Origin: an uncultured Candidatus Poseidoniales archaeon
Lineage (GTDB): Archaea > Thermoplasmatota > Poseidoniia > Poseidoniales > Thalassarchaeaceae
DNA length: 48,113 nucleotides
NCBI GenBank assembly: GCA_964343205.1
Contig: CAYFID010000002.1
Coordinates: 1-48,113, forward strand
Direction of reading: 5' to 3'
Made by a program: the position numbers and the translations under genes. Below are positions 24,738 through 33,816 of this stretch, in pieces. How positions within the stretch are numbered: position 1 is the first letter of the stretch; each line of letters begins with the position of its first letter. Under the pieces are notes generated by a model that saw only the letters and a program-made list of their open reading frames with translations, searched no databases and was not told the origin of the DNA.

Positions 24738-25073
24738 TTAATTTCGCATTCTAGCATAAACGTCGTAGGCAGCATCTCTGATTGGTCTCGGGACCAAGAA
24801 CATCACCGAGGCAAATGGCCATGGGAATCTAAGAAACCAACAAATTCTCCAAATTGCTGAACTCTTGGAATACCAATTTCCCTCTGAAGAAATAAGGAAG
24901 ACCGAGTCGACCCCTTCTAGTCTGCTTGGTTTTGAGTGCAATATTTTTCTTCCCTCTGGGCTGTTCTGACCGACTAGAATTACCTTGGATCGTGAGTCTC
25001 TTCTCTCTATGAATTTGGCCCAGCGGCTGCACTTTCCACACTGATCATCGAATAGAACTGCTGGAGGAGTCAT
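24738..25073 (-). CDS. Thiol-disulfide oxidoreductase, DCC family (DUF393)
   Basis: The N-terminal VLFDDQCGKCSRWAKFIERRD matches the DCC-family pattern (D..C.lC..w..f). The product is 111 aa. Confidence 0.6.
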   Translation of the reverse strand: MTPPAVLFDDQCGKCSRWAKFIERRDSRSKVILVGQNSPEGRKILHSKPSRLEGVDSVFLISSEGNWYSKSSAIWRICWFLRFPWPFASVMFLVPRPIRDAAYDVYARMRN

Positions 25074-25080
25074 TTTTCAC

Positions 25081-27936
25081 CTATACGAAAGCTATACCTG
25101 GTTCCAGAGGGAATGATAATCTAGCTTTGCCACCTACATCTTCTCCATCACCGACTTCGTAGGCCTCTATGGAGTCCACTTCAAGAGCGGAAGCCAAGAA
25201 CCCAGAGTTCTCATTGATTACGTCTGTTTCATTAATTCTGCGAGATAAAAGTTCTTTCTCGCCATCGGACCATGTGTGGACCCTCCCTCTTCTGTTCTTG
25301 CTCCCCATAGTTATTGCAGCCCATGTCTGGAACACGTCCCCCCTCATTTTCTGATTCTTGAAAATCTCTAGAGACTTTACATGAGCTTGCCCTTCTGATT
25401 TGAAATCGAAACCTTGAGCCTGTAGACTAACGGCCTCTAATGCCAAATCAGACTTCCAACCTGGAGAAGTCTGGATTACTGCGTGGGTGATTTCTTCCTC
25501 AGAATGGCGCTCCGCTAGCTTCCTGAGGTTTCTCCCGCTGGATATGGTTTCCTTGATGTAGTTCTCCACTGCTTTAACAAACAAGTCATCATTTTTATCT
25601 TCCAGAACTGGGATTTCAAACATAGCTAGAAGCCCATCTCGTCCCAACTTCTTCCAGAACTCCTCTGCGATATGGGGAGTCGCTGGGGCGAGCATTGGAA
25701 TCCATCCCTCTAGAAATGCCATTGCAGTGGATAGATCTTGCCCGCCCCTACGAAGGTACCAGTTCCAATCAGACAGCATTTCGAAGTGACTAATCATTAC
25801 TCCCTCCCTAAGGCTTACATCAGACATGGCTTCAATCCAAGATTTACGATTCTCTCGCAACCTCGCCATGAGCCATTGGTCAATCGCGGAAGGAGAGTCT
25901 GACAACTCCAATGCCGATTCTACGGCTTCTATTATTGAGAACATCTGTCGATAGTTTGCCTCCAAAGCGCTGTCTGACCAATCCATTCCTGCCTCTGGAT
26001 TAGCACCGAACAGAATGAAAAGTCTGACAGTATCTGCTCCAAACTTCGAAATCATCTCTTCTGGGCTGACGGTGTTTCCGAGAGATTTGCTCATCTTTGC
26101 GTAGCGACTGGAAAGAGGTTGGCTACATGATGGGCAGGCTAACCCGAAGTTGTCCACGTGATACTCTGCGTTACATTCAGCACAATATGGTGCAGGGGCG
26201 TTGAGCATCCCCTGACAAACAAGTCTGCCAAAGGGCTCGCCAACCGTATTCATCCCTGCGTCTCTGGTGAACTTGGTGAAAAATCTGGCATAAAGCAAAT
26301 GCATGACTGCATGCTCGATTCCCCCGATGTACAGGTCTACCCCGTTGCCCATCCAATAGTCAACGGCAGACCGGTCGAAGGGATTTGAGTCGTTGTTTGC
26401 GTCACAGAAGCGCATGAAGTACCAAGACGAGTCAAAGAATGTGTCCATTGTGTCCGTCTCTCTTTTTGCATTGCCCCCACAACAAGGGCATTCTGTCTCG
26501 ACGAAGGACACGTGAGACTCCAGGGGATTTCCACTCTGATCCTCAGTAAAAACAACGTCTAGAGGGAGTTCTACAGGAAGCTCCTCTCGTGGAACGGGTA
26601 CGATTCCACAAGTGTCACAATGAAGCATTGGTATGGGCGTTCCCCAGAATCTCTGCCTGCTCAGAAGCCAGTCCTTGAGACGATACTCGATGGTGCCATA
26701 TCCAGCGCCCTTCTCCTGAAGTGCTGAGATAACTGCTTCTTTTGCATCCGCCCCTGACAAACCATCGAATCCCTCGACTGTGGAGTTTACCATCGGGCCG
26801 TATCCTTCGAAGGCTTTTTTGAGAGGTTTCGAAGGATCGCCCCCCTCTCCCTCAACAAGAACTCTCCGGATCTCCAGTTCGTACTCCTTTGCGAAATCGA
26901 AATCTCTCTGGTCGTGTCCTGGAACAGCCATCACTGCACCGGTTCCATATGATGAAACTACGAAGTTGCCTGCGTAAATAGGGACTTCTTCTTGGTTCAT
27001 GGGGTTAATCGCAAATCGTCCTAGGAAAACTCCCTTCTTCTCCTTAAGCATGTTAATCCTCTCAAATTCGGACATCCTGGCGCACTCCTCCTTCAAATCC
27101 CTCCACCCGGCCTCCCAAGCAGTTCCAACACACAACTCCTCGCAGAGCGGATGTTCTGGAGATAGTGTGAGGAAAGTCACTCCGAAAATCGTGTCTGGCC
27201 TTGTCGTGAAGGCCCCTATCACCGAGTCTGATTCAGAAATTGGAAAATCTATGTGGGCTCCCTCGGAACGACCTATCCAGTTCCTCTGCATCGTCTTGAC
27301 ATTCTCTGGAAAGGAGATATTTTCTAGTTCACCGAGTAATTCGTCTGAGTACTCTGTCATCCTGAGGAACCACTGAGCCATGTCTCTCTGTACGACCTCC
27401 AAGCCGCACCTCCAGCACCTGTTGTTCTTCACTTGCTCGTTTGCAAGAACAGTATCACAGTCTTCGCACCAATTGACAGGAGCGACCCGCCTCTCAACAA
27501 GGCCCTGTTCGTTCAGAGTGAGGAACATGTCCTGATTCCACTTGTAGTATTCCACATCTGAAGTTGCTAGGAACCTCTGCCAGTCGTAGGAGTAACCCAT
27601 CCTCTCCTGGTCCGAGCGAATACTGGAGATATTGTTGTGAGTGACATCGTGAGGGTGGCCACCCTCCTTCTTTGCGGCGTTCTCCGCGGGCATTCCGAAT
27701 GAGTCGTATCCCATTGGGTAAAGTACGTTCTTCCCCAATAGCCTCTGGAATCGGGCCATTGCGTCGCCAATGGAGTAATTGCGAACATGTCCCATATGCA
27801 TATTTCCTGATGGATATGGGAACATCTCGAGGCAGTAGAATTTCGGCTTTGATTCGTCGATTTCGACCTCGAAGGCCCCTGCCTCAGACCATGCCCTCTG
27901 CCAACGGGACTCCAGCTCTCGTGCGTCGTATGCCAT
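25081..27936 (-). CDS. leuS: Leucyl-tRNA synthetase with a bacterial-type catalytic core and an extended C-terminal domain
   Basis: The HIGH motif appears as HMGH within FPYPSGNMHMGHVRNYSIGD, and KMSKS is present. TVLANEQV...CWRCG and KTMQRNWIGRSEG are near-identical to the E. coli-type LeuRS pattern. The 951-aa product ends ...ARLSFPLEPGIAFV. Confidence 0.93.
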   Translation of the reverse strand: MAYDARELESRWQRAWSEAGAFEVEIDESKPKFYCLEMFPYPSGNMHMGHVRNYSIGDAMARFQRLLGKNVLYPMGYDSFGMPAENAAKKEGGHPHDVTHNNISSIRSDQERMGYSYDWQRFLATSDVEYYKWNQDMFLTLNEQGLVERRVAPVNWCEDCDTVLANEQVKNNRCWRCGLEVVQRDMAQWFLRMTEYSDELLGELENISFPENVKTMQRNWIGRSEGAHIDFPISESDSVIGAFTTRPDTIFGVTFLTLSPEHPLCEELCVGTAWEAGWRDLKEECARMSEFERINMLKEKKGVFLGRFAINPMNQEEVPIYAGNFVVSSYGTGAVMAVPGHDQRDFDFAKEYELEIRRVLVEGEGGDPSKPLKKAFEGYGPMVNSTVEGFDGLSGADAKEAVISALQEKGAGYGTIEYRLKDWLLSRQRFWGTPIPMLHCDTCGIVPVPREELPVELPLDVVFTEDQSGNPLESHVSFVETECPCCGGNAKRETDTMDTFFDSSWYFMRFCDANNDSNPFDRSAVDYWMGNGVDLYIGGIEHAVMHLLYARFFTKFTRDAGMNTVGEPFGRLVCQGMLNAPAPYCAECNAEYHVDNFGLACPSCSQPLSSRYAKMSKSLGNTVSPEEMISKFGADTVRLFILFGANPEAGMDWSDSALEANYRQMFSIIEAVESALELSDSPSAIDQWLMARLRENRKSWIEAMSDVSLREGVMISHFEMLSDWNWYLRRGGQDLSTAMAFLEGWIPMLAPATPHIAEEFWKKLGRDGLLAMFEIPVLEDKNDDLFVKAVENYIKETISSGRNLRKLAERHSEEEITHAVIQTSPGWKSDLALEAVSLQAQGFDFKSEGQAHVKSLEIFKNQKMRGDVFQTWAAITMGSKNRRGRVHTWSDGEKELLSRRINETDVINENSGFLASALEVDSIEAYEVGDGEDVGGKARLSFPLEPGIAFV

Positions 27937-28009
27937 TTACTCACTCCCTACCGCTAAGCAGGGCTTGTATATGCATTACGACTTTGGTTAATGTCCTTCT
28001 CGACGAGTC

Positions 28010-28717
28010 ATGCTGTCCGACGGCGAGTTCCACACCTCTCTCTGGGAGGACGGGGTAGAAGTTTGGGTTACTCAGATGGGCCCACTGATGAACATGAACA
28101 CTGCATTCGTAGACAGGTCAAGTGGCGTTGTTGCGATTATCGACCCATATGATGCTGATCAATGGGCAGCAAAGATGGAGGAAGAGGGCTTGGAACCAAC
28201 TCACCTACTATACACTCACACCCACAGAGACCATGCTGCTGGTTATCCTGGGATGATGAAGAAGTTCCCCCAACTACAGGTATGGGGCCATGAGGAAGCT
28301 AAAGTCCCAAACCTTCTAGGTAACATCGTTTTCAGGAAAGTAGACTTCACGGACACATGGGAATGCAGCCCTGGAGAGTCCCAAAATTGGTCGGCAGGTG
28401 GAGTCAATCTGGTTATTACTCACTCCCCTGGACATGCCCCTGGCCATGTCACTATTCACGGCCACGGAGTCTACCATGCTGGTGACCTCCTATTCGTAAG
28501 GAGTGCGGGTAGGGTCGACCTTCCTGGAGGAGACCCCGGGGCCCAGCAGAGGAGCTTGATCAAAGCAAAGGAAATACTAAGCAATCTGGATCCGGATTGG
28601 AGGTTAATTCCAGGGCACAGGTACGACTCTTACGGTGGGACTACCCCTGACTGGATTAGCGTAGGTGAGTCATTGACGCACAACTACTTTCTTTCCAACA
28701 TCACAATGGTGGACTAG
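28010..28717 (+). CDS. MBL-fold metallo-hydrolase (glyoxalase II-like)
   Basis: The HxHxDH motif is present as YTHTHRDHAAG, with later SPGHAPGH and GD..F blocks. The product is 235 aa. Confidence 0.75.
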   Translation: MLSDGEFHTSLWEDGVEVWVTQMGPLMNMNTAFVDRSSGVVAIIDPYDADQWAAKMEEEGLEPTHLLYTHTHRDHAAGYPGMMKKFPQLQVWGHEEAKVPNLLGNIVFRKVDFTDTWECSPGESQNWSAGGVNLVITHSPGHAPGHVTIHGHGVYHAGDLLFVRSAGRVDLPGGDPGAQQRSLIKAKEILSNLDPDWRLIPGHRYDSYGGTTPDWISVGESLTHNYFLSNITMVD

Positions 28718-28718
28718 T

Positions 28719-29204
28719 CTATCTCCCAATAAGGCGTTTGACCAGTGAGCTTTCCCTCTCCAATGATTCTGGACGCTCTTCTCTGACTTTCTTTAGGGCA
28801 TTTACTGGGATCCAGTCATCTGGTACAAGTCTCCATGGAGTTACCCGTGCCATTATTCCGAGTAGGACTTGGCTTCCTGGTATCATGAAAACCCGCAGGG
28901 GAGGGATTAGCGGGCTCATTGCAGCCAAGTCTTCCCGGGCCTGTTTTCTCTCGAGTCGGCTCACCTTCCGGCCGATCAGTATGTTTGCTAATGTACCAGA
29001 AGTACGTTTGAAATGCTCTGCTCCAACCTTTGAGGTATCCCATGCTTTCTCAATTGCCTCGCCCCATTTGCCAGGCTCCTTGGCTACTTCCTTGATTTCA
29101 TCCTGCGATCTAGCAGGAAGCCCCCGGAAGGTTGCCGATGCTCCAGTGAACACCCATGGTATCCACCTCACTAGGAACTTAGCGGAGTTCCGGATTCTTC
29201 CCAT
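28719..29204 (-). CDS. Small LETM1-like domain protein (hypothetical)
   Basis: The ORF is open to 29246, but that start would overlap aceE by 38 nt. Met15 at 29204 lies 4 nt after the aceE stop. The segment GRKVSRLERKQAREDLAAMSPLIPPLRVFMIPGSQVLLGIMARVTPWRLVPDDW parallels the LETM1 core as I recall it (LTRRERRQF...[35 protein letters not shown]). Confidence 0.5.
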   Translation of the reverse strand: MGRIRNSAKFLVRWIPWVFTGASATFRGLPARSQDEIKEVAKEPGKWGEAIEKAWDTSKVGAEHFKRTSGTLANILIGRKVSRLERKQAREDLAAMSPLIPPLRVFMIPGSQVLLGIMARVTPWRLVPDDWIPVNALKKVREERPESLERESSLVKRLIGR

Positions 29205-29208
29205 AGGA

Positions 29209-31866
29209 TCACACTGTCTTGTCTGCCTTCTCAGATGTGACTCCAAGGTCCTTTGACGCCTTCTTTACCGTACCAGTTGGCAATACTCCGTCCTGCTCTA
29301 GGGCAGAGAGTGCTGCAATGACTATGCTACTAGTGTCTATCTCGAAGAATGATCGGAGCGCTTCCCTAGAGTCTGAGCGCCCGAAACCGTCCGTCCCTAG
29401 AACGACGAATGTGCCACCAACCCAGCGATGGATCATCTCCGGAACTGAAGCAATGAAATCTGAGACTGCTACTGTGGGGGTCTGGTCTCCGAAGCACTCA
29501 GAAACGTACGGAACATGTTTTTCATTTGGAGCTAGTCGGGTCTTCCTTTCTGCATCCAATCCGAAACGCCTCAACTCACCATAGGATGTTACGGACCAGA
29601 CCTCGGAGCTAACCCCATGGTCCGTAGATAGAAGCTGGGCAGCCTCTCGGACATATTGCAGAATAGGCCCGGATCCCAGAAGTCTTACCTTGGGGCCCTC
29701 ACTTCCTACTTCATCAATTAGGTATGCCCCATTTATGATGCCAATGTCAGAGCCATCTGGCTTTGGCATCTGTTGCTGGTTCTCATTGTATAGCATAACG
29801 TAGTGGAACACGTCGAGGTTCTTGCCCCACATTTCATCGATTCCGTGCCTAATTATCGTGGACAACTCATAGGCGTAAGCTGGATCCCATGCACGACAAT
29901 GAGGGACGGTGGATGCCATCAATAGACTGTGGCCGTCTTGGTGCTGAAGTCCCTCTCCATTCAGAGTGGTTCTTCCAGCCGTTGCCCCCATCAGGAAGCC
30001 TCGAGCTCGCGCGTCAGCAGCGCTCCAAATCTGATCGCCTACTCGCTGGAACCCAAACATCGAGTAGAATGTATAGAATGGCAGGGTAGGGGATCTAGCG
30101 TTTGAGTAAGATGTCGCGCTGGCAATCCACGTGGCGATTGCCCCCGCCTCTGAAATGCCCTCCTGCATTATTTGCCCGGACTCTGACTCCTTGTAGTTGA
30201 GGAGCATTTTGTAGTCTACTGGAGTGTACTTCTGGCCCTTTGATGCATAAATCTCGAACTCGCTGAATAGAGGATCCATACCAAAGGTCCTACCCTCATC
30301 AGGAATAATTGGAACTACTTTGTCCCCTATCTGGGACTTCATCAGGTTCCTGAGGAGTCTGACAAATGCCATAGTAGTCGAAACCTGCTGCCCCTCTGGA
30401 GTGCCTTGGTCAAATGCTGAGTAGGTATCCTCTGAAGGTAGTGAGATGTCAACTTTGGTGGGTTTTCTTGATGGGAGAGTGCCGCCTAGAATTCGCCTAC
30501 AATCTAACATGTACTCAATTTCATCCGATTCAAGTTCTAGGGACAAGAATGGTTCATCCTCGAGTTTTGAGTCGTCTATTGAGAGGCCAAGGGCATCTCG
30601 GTATGCAATTAAGTCATCCAGGCCCATCTTCTTCTTCTGATGAGTGGAGTTCCTTCCCTCAAAGGAGTCAATTCCCCAGCCCTTCACTGTGTGAGCCAGA
30701 ATGACAGAGGGGGCTGTGCATTTCAGAGCTGCATCGTAGGCTGCAAAGACCTTGATCGGATCGTGACCCCCTCTCGTTAGTCCTTCGATCTCTTGATCGG
30801 ATAGGGATTCGCCGATTTCCTCCAAAGACTGGTTTCCGGAAAAGAACTCCTTTCTGAACTCATTTGTAGGGAGTGTGCTAAGGCGTTGCCAATCACCATC
30901 GGTTATGCCCTCAATCCTGTTGAGAAGGTGTCCCTCAGAATCCCTATGCAGAACCCTGTCCCAACCGGAACCCCAGATTACCTTGAAGACTTTCCAACCT
31001 GCACCCCGATAGAGTCCCTCGAGCTCCTGAATGATACTTGAATTACCTCTCACAGGGCCATCCAGACGTTGCAGATTGCAATTCACAACCACGACGAGAT
31101 TATCCAATTGCTCCCTACCTGCAACTGCAATTGACGCAAGTGCCTCGGGCTCGTCCATCTCTCCATCTCCCAAGAATGCGAAAACTCGGCTTTCCGAAGT
31201 GTCTGCTAGTCCTCGCTGATGCAGGTACTTCCAGAATCTGGCCTGCATTACCGCACCAAGAGGGCCCAGCCCCATTGATACGGTGGGATACTCCCAGAAA
31301 TCTGGCATTAGTCTTGGATGTGGGTACGAAGAGAGGCCGTCTTCGAACGCCTCCTGTCGGAATTTTGACACCTGTTCCTTGGAAATTCTTCCTTCTAAGA
31401 AGGCCCTAGAATAGATTCCTGGACTAGCATGTCCCTGTACGTAAATGGCATCCCCAATTCCGTTGTGTTCCTTTCCCCTGAAAACGTGGTTGAAGCCTAC
31501 CTCGTATAGAGTCGAGCTCGAAGCATACGTGGAAATGTGGCCTCCGATTCCATCAATTCTTCTGTTGGCGTCTGAAACCATTACTGCAGCGTTCCAGAGA
31601 ACATGATTCTGAATCTCTTTTTCTAGGTTTAGATTTCCTGGATAAGGCGGTTGCTGTTCGATAGATATTGAGTTTAGATAAGGGGTCCTGGATGGTGGCC
31701 TAATTGGTATTTCGAGATTCTTTGCCTCTGACATAAGCTCCTGTAGAAGAAGGCGTGCTCTTCCTGATCCCTGAGAAGATACTACGGATCGCAAGGCCTC
31801 CATCCACTCGTCCGTCTCGTCTGGGTCTGAGTCAGGGAGAGACTGGTGGGGTTCTGTGGGAGGCAT
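29209..31866 (-). CDS. aceE: Pyruvate dehydrogenase E1 component, homodimeric AceE type
   Basis: The 885-aa product is collinear with E. coli AceE. Shared blocks include DETDEWMEALRSV, PYPGNLNLE, YVQGHASPGIYSRAFLEGR, GLSSYPHPRLMPDFWEYPTVSMGLGP, FLGDGEMDEPE, NCNLQRLDGPVRGN and RGGHDP. Confidence 0.93.
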   Translation of the reverse strand: MPPTEPHQSLPDSDPDETDEWMEALRSVVSSQGSGRARLLLQELMSEAKNLEIPIRPPSRTPYLNSISIEQQPPYPGNLNLEKEIQNHVLWNAAVMVSDANRRIDGIGGHISTYASSSTLYEVGFNHVFRGKEHNGIGDAIYVQGHASPGIYSRAFLEGRISKEQVSKFRQEAFEDGLSSYPHPRLMPDFWEYPTVSMGLGPLGAVMQARFWKYLHQRGLADTSESRVFAFLGDGEMDEPEALASIAVAGREQLDNLVVVVNCNLQRLDGPVRGNSSIIQELEGLYRGAGWKVFKVIWGSGWDRVLHRDSEGHLLNRIEGITDGDWQRLSTLPTNEFRKEFFSGNQSLEEIGESLSDQEIEGLTRGGHDPIKVFAAYDAALKCTAPSVILAHTVKGWGIDSFEGRNSTHQKKKMGLDDLIAYRDALGLSIDDSKLEDEPFLSLELESDEIEYMLDCRRILGGTLPSRKPTKVDISLPSEDTYSAFDQGTPEGQQVSTTMAFVRLLRNLMKSQIGDKVVPIIPDEGRTFGMDPLFSEFEIYASKGQKYTPVDYKMLLNYKESESGQIMQEGISEAGAIATWIASATSYSNARSPTLPFYTFYSMFGFQRVGDQIWSAADARARGFLMGATAGRTTLNGEGLQHQDGHSLLMASTVPHCRAWDPAYAYELSTIIRHGIDEMWGKNLDVFHYVMLYNENQQQMPKPDGSDIGIINGAYLIDEVGSEGPKVRLLGSGPILQYVREAAQLLSTDHGVSSEVWSVTSYGELRRFGLDAERKTRLAPNEKHVPYVSECFGDQTPTVAVSDFIASVPEMIHRWVGGTFVVLGTDGFGRSDSREALRSFFEIDTSSIVIAALSALEQDGVLPTGTVKKASKDLGVTSEKADKTV

Positions 31867-31941
31867 GGCTACACATCTGCCCCGCAGGACAGAATTGCCA
31901 GCTGAGGCGTGTTTTTTGAATGGGTCGACTGTATCCTCTGC

Positions 31942-32574
31942 TTAGAGAGGAGCTGTGGCGGGTCCCACTTCTATGAGATGGCACTCGTGTATTGTTCTGA
32001 TGCCCGCTACTGTAATTGCTGAATCTCCTGCCAAACACCTCTCCCCACCCCACTTCTTTACCGTCCTAAGGACTGTCTTTGTTCCTGGGACGTTGTTTGG
32101 GTCAACCTTCATTTCTACAATTAATTGTCCGGTTTGACCAAGCCAATCTAGTGAGGCATCGATGCTTTTTCTAGCATGACCGTGTCGTTGCTCTGAGCTC
32201 CTTACCCAGTATCCGAGGTTCCATATTGCTCTTTTGGATCTGGTAACTCTGTCAAATCCTACCAGACCGAGTACGTACCCATCCCATGGGCGTATCATGA
32301 CCCAATGGTGGAGAAGGCCCGATCGGCCTTTCCTCTCAGTGTCTTTGATGAAGTCCTCGATTTGAGGGTTGATTTCCTTGTCAGGATTAATCCATGGCAT
32401 TGCCCTGATTACATCGGGCCATGTCTCCTCGAAAGCCTCGACAATGTCTGGAATATGCGTTATTGATACAGGTCTCAAGACAAGCCCTTCGTCAATCCTG
32501 ATAGAGGATGTTGCTCGTCTGTGCATAGAACGAGGGGGAGTGCTCCAACGCATCAGTCCTGCGCAAGAATCCAT
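31942..32574 (-). CDS. GNAT family N-acetyltransferase (RimJ/RimL-like)
   Basis: The layout is typical of Acetyltransf_3: GLVLRPVSITHIPDIVEAFEE..., LGYWVRSSEQRHGHARKS and VEMKVDPNNVPGTKTVLR. The start is uncertain (Met1, Met8 or Met17). Confidence 0.7.
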   Translation of the reverse strand: MDSCAGLMRWSTPPRSMHRRATSSIRIDEGLVLRPVSITHIPDIVEAFEETWPDVIRAMPWINPDKEINPQIEDFIKDTERKGRSGLLHHWVMIRPWDGYVLGLVGFDRVTRSKRAIWNLGYWVRSSEQRHGHARKSIDASLDWLGQTGQLIVEMKVDPNNVPGTKTVLRTVKKWGGERCLAGDSAITVAGIRTIHECHLIEVGPATAPL

Positions 32575-32576
32575 GG

Positions 32577-33698
32577 TTAAGAAATGAGTTTCTCTCTTGC
32601 TCTTGCTACATCTGGGTCATCAGGGTGGTTTTCGAAGGCTTTCTCGACCATTCTTAGGGCCTCTCTATTCCTGCCTATTGAGATCAGAAGCCTCCCAACT
32701 GAGTATACTAGGGAGGTTCTGTTTCCCAAGTGGGGTCCGACTTCGTCAAGGAGTACTGTTGCCTGGGCTGTATTCTGCTCCTTGGCTGATCTAATCGCTG
32801 CTTGAAGTTGCTTGATGATTTCTGTGGCAGGCCACTCCTCCTGCTGATGCCAAGGCCAGAATGTGTCGTCTTCTTGGAAATCCGGCGTCAATGTTTTCTC
32901 TGATTCTTCTATGCTCATCACCGGATCCGGGGGGGTCTGCTCGGTTTCGGGATCCTCTATCTCCAGAGCTCCGTTTTCTTCCCGTAGTGGGGCAGCTCTA
33001 ATCCGGGGAATTGACCCTGAAGGAACGTTTTGGATGGTCTTATTGGGGCTCTGTAATGTTGTTTCATCTGCAAATGCCGCTTCAAACTCGTCAACCTTTC
33101 CGTCTCCATCGAAATCTCCCGAAATAGGGTCATTGGATTCCAAATTTTGGGTCGCCCAACCGTTAGTGTCTGGGACCTCACTGGCCGGGACGGGTTGAAT
33201 CAAATCTGGGGTCTCTGCATTCGGTTGGACCAACTCAATCATTCGTTGCTCTAACTCTTCCTCCTGTTCTTCGGAATCCGGAACCTCGAACTTTTTTACA
33301 TAGAGCGGTATATCTTCTGAAGATAGTTCGTATTCTTCCTCCTCAACCTCGGTTGGGGCTACCATTGAGTGAATGACTGGATTACTGTTGAGTGTTATCT
33401 GCTCGTCTTCTCCGTACTGCTCTACTTCAACGGTCAAATCGTCCATGGCGAATGAAGCGGGCACGAATTCTTCTTCGCCCTCTTCTCCCTCAATTTCACT
33501 CATTAGCTCGTCTAACAGATCTGTAGACTCCTCTTCGGCCATTGGGGTGCTCTGCTCAAAGGAAGGTCTGTCTATCTGATAGTAGCACCTTGTACAGATC
33601 TTGGTTCCATCTCGATTAAAATGCTGACAAGATGGGCAGATGTTGCCTTTTTGCAGGGTTTTTTTCCATGATTTAAATCTGTCAAATACCAGTCCCAT
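32577..33698 (-). CDS. Zinc-ribbon protein with a long acidic linker and a C-terminal TPR-like helical region (hypothetical)
   Basis: The N-terminus reads CPSCQHFNRDGTKICTRCYYQ. A D/E-rich segment of about 200 aa follows, including an EF-hand-like DFDGDGKVDEFE. The C-terminal helices are AQATVLLDEVGPHLGN...LLISIGRNREALRMVEKAFENHPDDPD. Confidence 0.6.
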   Translation of the reverse strand: MGLVFDRFKSWKKTLQKGNICPSCQHFNRDGTKICTRCYYQIDRPSFEQSTPMAEEESTDLLDELMSEIEGEEGEEEFVPASFAMDDLTVEVEQYGEDEQITLNSNPVIHSMVAPTEVEEEEYELSSEDIPLYVKKFEVPDSEEQEEELEQRMIELVQPNAETPDLIQPVPASEVPDTNGWATQNLESNDPISGDFDGDGKVDEFEAAFADETTLQSPNKTIQNVPSGSIPRIRAAPLREENGALEIEDPETEQTPPDPVMSIEESEKTLTPDFQEDDTFWPWHQQEEWPATEIIKQLQAAIRSAKEQNTAQATVLLDEVGPHLGNRTSLVYSVGRLLISIGRNREALRMVEKAFENHPDDPDVARAREKLIS

Positions 33699-33816
33699 CC
33701 CCCCCGGACAGCACTCTCGGTGAAACTGTGCGTTTAACTCTCACTGGCCCAAGTTGTGCTCTTGATTCTGGGCCTCGCCAAGTAATCGTGATAGAGGCCG
33801 GACCTAACGGCACTAC

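Noticed and set aside
28738-29256. 172-aa plus-strand ORF, almost the same length as the minus-strand ORF 28719..29246
   Set aside because: Its product is Ser-rich and low in complexity. The minus-strand product has balanced K/E-rich composition and a LETM1-like motif, and its start sits 4 nt after the aceE stop.
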